Below are positions 58,216 through 64,000 of a stretch of 64,000 nt of DNA, in pieces. The notes under the pieces are model-generated. The model was not told the origin of the DNA. It made no database searches and worked only from the letters and a program-made list of their open reading frames with translations. This stretch comes from Obrimoposthia wandeli. Lineage: Eukaryota. How positions within the stretch are numbered: position 1 is the first letter of the stretch; the number at the start of each line of letters is the position of its first letter. The position numbers were made by a program, and so were the translations under genes. The stretch covers positions 124,001-188,000 of the forward strand of contig CDROCS010001101.1 in assembly GCA_977020255.1 (NCBI GenBank), in the 5' to 3' direction.

Positions 58216-60317
58216 ATGAAAGACATTAGACAGATTTGACAGCAAAATTTGAAAATACTTAAATGAAAAAATCCAAGTAATCAAAAAAATATTAGACATA
58301 CTAGATTCAACATTAAGCAGGCCTGAAGTGATTATTATTCGAGGCCAAAAGCAACGTGACAAACGAAACGAGTTCTTAAATGAATTACTAGGTATCACGT
58401 CTGATAGAGGTGAAGAAATTTATAATTTACTTATGATAAAAATACAGTTAATTGTAACAACAGAAGATATTTTTGACAAAATATCAACATTCATTGACGA
58501 GTGTGAAATAAGTAAATTAGAAAAAAAATTCAAGTTTGGTCTCATCTAAAGCGTGTCGAATCTGACTACCAAGAAATAAAAAGCCATGTAAGTGAATACT
58601 TAGAAAAAAAACCAAAATACAAAATACTATCACCAAGAGTAATGGTAACTAATAATGAAGGCACAAGTTATTCTCCTGATTTAGCATTGGAGAATATGAT
58701 TAAGTATTTATCTTTGACATTAGGTTTACTTGGTTACAAATATAATTTATTTGATAATGATAAAATAGTTTTACCATGTGAAACCATTGTTAGTGACGAT
58801 GATATACATAAAGCAGGTTCTTTGAATTTATTGGCTCTATCTTGGAGCAACTTAGAAGACAATAGCCTTCGCTGTATACTCTTTGGAGGACAGATATATT
58901 GTAATGAAGGGGATGACGTTCAACAAGATGCAAAGGACAACGGTGTTAAGACTTCATATCATTTTATGAGAGACGAGTCAGAATATGAAATATTTGATGC
59001 AATTTCATGTGAAAGAGTAAAAAATAGCTCTCTACAGAGTTTATTTACAATACATACAACGCCTGAAATTAAACATAGAATACAGCCTTGTTTAGAAAAA
59101 GTAGGGCAATTAAAAGGGCATAATTTTCTATGCGAAGATGAGATTCTAACCTGCTTAACTCTTAGGGATATTTTTTGTATTGACTTACTTAATGATACTC
59201 ATGAATATAATAAATTAACATTATGCGATTGGGTACGAGGATATTTTACACTAAGGTATTTATCTCAAAAAATAGATAACAATGAAATATCCAGTATTAT
59301 AAGTCATCAAGATATACTTATTAATTTAATATCTGCAGGCCTTGAAATCCATAAAGCACTACTATCATTGAAATAGTCCTTTTAAAGGCTCAAAATATTT
59401 ATTTGATTGTCCGTTAATAAAATTAACTGATGGTAATTTATGTATCTCGCATACTTCGGGCTTATTAAGAAACATATCAAACATAATTATGTCTAGATTT
59501 TCCTCTTAGATATTATGAAGCAATAAAGGCTATGGTTTCTGAGGATGTAGGGTTAACGAACTTATTTCAAAATACTTATCTACATCTAAACTTTCTGTTC
59601 ACACGTGAAAATAAAATCCAGAATATGATGCTGTCTTTATTTTAGATAAAAGAGTTTTTGTTTTTGAGTGTAAAACAGGTCCCTTTCTTGGTCTAGTCCA
59701 GTAAAAGCATATAGAAATAATAATTACTTATCTGATACAGTGAAACAAATAACTAGATTAAGGGATGCCTTAGTTTCTTATCCCGAAGTAGCAAAAGAAC
59801 ACTTTAATATCAACATCTCTGACTATGAAGTTATTCCTGTAATTTTTAATTGCATGCCATTTTCATGGAAAGGAAAATACGGTAACGTTTATGTTTCAGA
59901 CAACTCATCTTTCTCAAGATTCATAAAAAGCTCTAACATTAACCTTATCGAAAGCAGGGCTAAAGGATCAATTCAGCACAATACCCAGAAATTAAAACAA
60001 TGGTCTGGTAGTAAACCGAACTCCGATGACTTGTCTGACATTTAGACGATCCAATACAGCTTAAACCTTACCTTACTTCAAGATTAGAAACCCCTAATTG
60101 GTTCATTGCCAATAATGAAGTATCTTTTACAACATTGAGCTATGATGTTGACAATATAAAGTATGCTAAAGATGAAAAAAAATTATTAGATCCTATCCCT
60201 CCGCTCAAAAAGACAAATCAAAAAAACTAAAATTAAAAGATTCCTAACAAAAAAATCAAGAAAAAATAATAAAAAACGAAAGTAGATATCAATACAAATT
60301 CAATTAAACAGTTATGA
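58216..60317 (+). pseudogene. Degraded ~700-aa protein with C-terminal PD-(D/E)xK/NERD-like nuclease domain
   Basis: Track ORFs 58328, 58642 and 59740 are consecutive fragments; KGYGF at 59525, EYDAVFILDKRVFVFECK at 59621-59674, and a Lys-rich tail. Confidence 0.65.
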
Positions 60318-60818
60318 TCCAACAACAAAAGCCTTGCCCTCAGCAAGGTTCCCCTCTTCCCCAGACCTCAATCAATCCTTTTCTCCAACCTAGTTACACT
60401 ACAATCACCACTTAATATCCCCATTCTGCGCAACATTTCATCCATGCGTTTACTCAGTTGGCGCATATCACGCACTAGATTTCAGGCTGCTTGGGTATCG
60501 ACTAACGATTTACCTGTTACGTCCATTGGTTGCATTTTAGCTCCATTGCCATCAACAGTGATCAAATAGCGGGTCATATTAGGTTCAAGGTGAAGTTCGG
60601 TAATGATACTTTCAATTGAGAGATTAGTTGGTTCAGGGTTGGTTTCTTTGTCGTGATATCTATAACCCACTTGCGGAATTCCTTTGGCAGTGGCCGTTCA
60701 GGAAAAAATAGCAATAAGATGGCAACCCGTAATGAAAAACATACGCGTGACTTATTATCGTTTTGATAAGTGTTTACCCGGATTGGGTAAACAGGTCATG
60801 CAATCTGTAAATTCATCT

Positions 60819-61863
60819 TCATTGTTGTTTAGCTAAATCACCGTTTTTATCCAATACTTCAATTAACTCTTCAAAGTATGAGCCCGCATATATCTGTTTT
60901 GGCACCTGGTTACTGGTATCAACACCTAGAACACCGATGCTTTCCAATGGAATAGCACCTTGCGTACAGTTATTGACACTAGTCCAAGGAAAACGGCTCC
61001 CGCCGCTTTCAGCAGTGCCTAAAGACTTAAAACCTAAAAAGCCCAAAGAACCTAAAATACGAGTAACCTTGTTATTCTCCTTTGCCACAATCGCAGCACG
61101 TCGGGAAATCGCTCGCACAATATTTGAAACTTCGCCTTTTGACTCGTCAGTTTTTTTAACGAGTGTCCACTGTTTTTCGCGTGTTAAAACAGTAATACCA
61201 ACACCTGTAAGGCCGGCAGTCTTTTTAACTAATTCTTGATAGTGGTTTTCTGAACGTTCATAGAATAGTTTTATCGGGCGGTTACGTTGTTTAAGGCGGT
61301 GTCCACCCATCCAGTTGAAGTAAGAGGCAAAACAACCACAGTCAGCAGCAAGGCGTATTTTTTCAAATAGGCAAAACTCTTGCTCTTTTTCGATGCGTCG
61401 AAGTTCGCGCCATACGGTGACCGATGGTGTTTTTTGAAATTGGAATTGGCGAAAGCAAAATGCACGGGACCAGGCGGTAACGTTAGTGACAGTTTCAACC
61501 AGATCAACAAGGTTTGAATCTAAGTCCTTTTTACCTTCTAACTTATGCGCATCAATGTTTTTAGATATGTACTTAGCGATATACGCAACAGCATCACCTT
61601 TACTGCGATCGACCTTTCTGGGCACTTTAACCTCGAGCCTCCATTGCTTTTAACTTTGGGTCGCCATCAAGCGTATACAGTTCATCGTTATCACGTTGGT
61701 GCTGATATTGAGTTAATAGCTGGGTAAAGTCTTCAACTTGGTTTTCTGGTACGAAGAAAACACCATGCCAATGTGGTGTGCCCCCTACGAGAGGTAAAAC
61801 AACACGCATACCGTATAAATTAGGCAAGTATCTAAAACCCCCACTGACCTGACCCCAAATCAC
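60819..61863 (-). pseudogene. P2 gpA-type replication endonuclease, 5'-truncated and frameshifted
   Basis: GMRVV-LPLV-GGTPHWH (degenerate EPHHDGTPHWH), YIAKYISKNID, RQFQF...P.VTVWRELRR; frameshift near 61625; N-terminal half missing. Confidence 0.88.
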
Positions 61864-62285
61864 CTAAATATTTAGTTACATTGGCTTACAAAAACATACT
61901 TGATAATGATTCTTATTATAATTAAAGTGGGCCGATGTTAAAGATAATATGTTTAGATATACTAAACAGAGGATTATAATGAAGTGCTGTAAAGACTCAA
62001 CAATGAAGAAAGTGAATAGAAAATGGTTTGAAAAATTACTTTATTGCAGTATTTATGAATGTAATAACTGTAACCAAAAGATTAGACTTAAAAAGTCATA
62101 GTCAAAGAGTGTTAATGTTTCTGATAGCGCCTTATACTTCCCTACAGAGCAGCCGCCTGTCACCACTACCAGCGGCATGAAATACCATTCAATGTCGACG
62201 TTAGTGCTTTCTAGTAGCGCACACAAAGAACCCCGCTAACAGGGGCCAAACCTGTTATAACGGGGTTCAATTGGCCCTATTTTTA

Positions 62286-62303
62286 GGGCTTTATTGTATC
62301 TGT
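62286..62303 (+). repeat. Candidate attR core
   Basis: Exact repeat of 51402-51419, 7 bp from the rmf stop. Confidence 0.7.
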
Positions 62304-62309
62304 TAATCA

Positions 62310-62486
62310 CTACTTCATGAAGAGTCCTGTTCCTCGAATCTCTTGTGCTTCACGCCATCCACCTAACCACTGTCCTCGCGAATCTGCGCTTTGAAATGGA
62401 CAAACTTCATTCGAGCGGCCTGCTGTGCCAGCTTGATAGCCTTTCGAATATGCTCTTTCCAAACGATCTCGTTTTTGTCTCTTCAT
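62310..62486 (-). CDS. rmf: Ribosome modulation factor
   Basis: MKRQKRDRLERAYSKGYQAG..GRS.E.CP......WLGGWREA; 58 aa. Confidence 0.97.
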   Translation of the reverse strand: MKRQKRDRLERAYSKGYQAGTAGRSNEVCPFQSADSRGQWLGGWREAQEIRGTGLFMK

Positions 62487-62639
62487 TCTAGATTCCTCAA
62501 AAAATGTATAACTTAAAGCTGAGACTTTCCAAGCCTCAATTAAGTAATAGTGTAAGATATCCGACAAATCAAATAAAAAAAGCCACAGTAATTAAATTAC
62601 TGTGGCTTTCAAAGACAAGACATAATGTTTAGTGTTTAA

Positions 62640-64000
62640 TTAAACACGCTTAAAACGGCGGAATAAAAGCATCATGGTCGGTAATAGTATAAACCAACCC
62701 ATACCAGCCCCACTACGCTCATAGTCTTCATCAGCTTTAATTGGACACTGAGACGATGTAGGTAAGTTAGCTAAATCATCCGATGTAATAGTCATTGATA
62801 ATACAACTGGCGTTGAACCAACTCTATTTTTGTAGTTTTCAGCGTTTTTATAATCAAAACCATTAGCAACAATGGTATATGAAGCATTATCAGGATCACT
62901 TGTCGTATTATCAGTGATACTAATTGCATTAGAAAAACGATATTTAACTGCACTATCGTCGATACCCTGACAATATAAATCATCTAAATAAGCAGATTTT
63001 TTATTCTTGTAATCATAGATGAATGCACTTTGGACACGTGCACTACCCTCGGCAGTCGGACTTGTTTCACCTCGCGCATCACGCCAACCAACAGCTAACC
63101 CGTCATTATTAATTTTGCTTACTTGTGAGTTAGCGCCTTTAATCGGGTTCTCCGCGAATGGGTAACGTGTTGTCCCTGTATTTAGGTTATAAGTGAAAAA
63201 CTCCGTTGCATAACTACGATTTTGTGATTGAGCATATTGACGATTGCCTACGACAACAAAAGCTTCGTTTACATTATCTTTACCTAGAGCGGTATTGAAG
63301 ATACCATCACTATTAACAACAGTATCAGTAATATCAACCGCAACAGTATTTCTGATAGCGTCATCAAAATCACTTACATCATCTCTCAGCTTAGTAATTT
63401 CAGTCATCTTATAGGTTAGTGATGACCCATCAGAGCTTACTTTTGGCTTAAAATAAACAGCTCGACCACGTCCACCACTATGGCTATTAAACGCTTGTTC
63501 GGTTGAAAAACCAACCCCGACACCTGAGTTATTCATAGAATAAGCGTTTGCCACGTAGGATGCATCACTATCATTATCTATCCATCCTGTAGCAGATGGA
63601 GTAAGGTATTTAACTGCAGATGCATTTGAACCATCAATTTCCCAATAGCTAGCCTGCAGATCAAAACCAGGACAATAATACAAATCATCAAAGTAAGCCC
63701 TATCATCATCAATAACGCTATTGTAACAGCGGTTAAACCTATCACTGTTGGAATCGGCAGAGCCCCAACGAACGCTAGATTGACCGAAAGCCAAACGCTT
63801 TGTATATGTTTGAGTGCTACCGATAACTTTAATATCGACCAACCCATATGCGCTACTAAAACCACCATTACTAGTAAAACTTGGTATTAATTCAACATCA
63901 ATATTAGTGGTCTGAACTGGAGAATTGTAAAATCCTCGGCGAACAATGCGCTGATTAGAGCTACTGTCGGTACCAAACCCAACAAAATCACTATCCTTAT
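62640..64000 (-). CDS. DUF3466 family exported protein with GlyGly-CTERM-like tail, 5' end outside the window
   Basis: Frame is open to the window edge; Asp/Ser-rich repeats with INNDGLAVG; C-terminal SGAGMGW-hydrophobic-RR; upstream of rmf as in Vibrio. Confidence 0.78.
   Translation of the reverse strand, partial: KDSDFVGFGTDSSSNQRIVRRGFYNSPVQTTNIDVELIPSFTSNGGFSSAYGLVDIKVIGSTQTYTKRLAFGQSSVRWGSADSNSDRFNRCYNSVIDDDRAYFDDLYYCPGFDLQASYWEIDGSNASAVKYLTPSATGWIDNDSDASYVANAYSMNNSGVGVGFSTEQAFNSHSGGRGRAVYFKPKVSSDGSSLTYKMTEITKLRDDVSDFDDAIRNTVAVDITDTVVNSDGIFNTALGKDNVNEAFVVVGNRQYAQSQNRSYATEFFTYNLNTGTTRYPFAENPIKGANSQVSKINNDGLAVGWRDARGETSPTAEGSARVQSAFIYDYKNKKSAYLDDLYCQGIDDSAVKYRFSNAISITDNTTSDPDNASYTIVANGFDYKNAENYKNRVGSTPVVLSMTITSDDLANLPTSSQCPIKADEDYERSGAGMGWFILLPTMMLLFRRFKRV

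Larger units (their letters stand above)
51402..62303. mobile_element. Defective P2/HP1/K139-like prophage (~10.9 kb)
   Basis: Flanked by the 18-bp direct repeat GGGCTTTATTGTATCTGT (51402-51419, 62286-62303) and separates the normally adjacent fabA and rmf. Carries terminase, portal, ogr and a rep pseudogene in P2 orientation; no integrase, repressor, capsid or intact tail gene. Confidence 0.88.

Noticed and set aside
62205-62224. 15/18 match to the recombinase-site arm near attR
   Set aside because: No partner arm at a 26-27 nt spacing; treated as chance.
62090-62240. Possible integrase remnant next to attR
   Set aside because: Neither strand gives a convincing R-H-R-Y motif; the resemblance (VVVTGGCSVG) is too weak.
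338-63868. Many short track ORFs antisense to or overlapping well-supported genes (e.g. 338-709, 9913-10209, 15399-15689, 21129-21995, 29377-30445, 50161-50988, 53240-54414, 60937-61727, 62792-63868)
   Set aside because: Shadow ORFs with no motifs or RBS, fully explained by the real gene on the other strand or frame.

Overview
AT-rich chromosome segment of a marine gammaproteobacterium (gene set and synteny suggest Moritella or a close relative; this is inference, not verified). It probably lies in the replication-terminus region. A near-canonical 28-bp XerCD dif site sits at 6690-6717, and the ycbZ(Lon-like)-fabA / rmf-DUF3466 block at the right end is also dif-proximal in Vibrio cholerae. 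The backbone is mostly ordinary accessory metabolism and stress genes: SorAB, SoxR, slt, malS-like amylase, a bufferin-type MNIO RiPP cluster, NemR/NemA-like genes, an adenine riboswitch with add, tandem PL14 lipoproteins, and lpp with an L,D-transpeptidase. A ~10.9-kb defective P2/K139-like prophage is inserted in the fabA-rmf terminator, bounded by an 18-bp direct repeat. The most unusual signals are non-coding and absent from the ORF track. (1) An intact Cre-family tyrosine recombinase has a LexA box at its promoter and an adjacent perfect 19-27-19 inverted repeat; degenerate copies of that repeat flank the dif locus about 27 kb away. (2) A second, inverted dif-like site lies 88 bp from dif, resembling the geometry of the CTX-phage attP. 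(3) A composite LexA box-N12-CCCCGTAAA motif occurs three times with fixed spacing and no obvious target gene. (4) The prophage relic keeps intact terminase, portal and a LexA-boxed Ogr activator while rep, capsid and tail genes are lost or broken. No tRNA, rRNA or CRISPR array was seen. All family assignments come from motif recognition by eye, not database searches.
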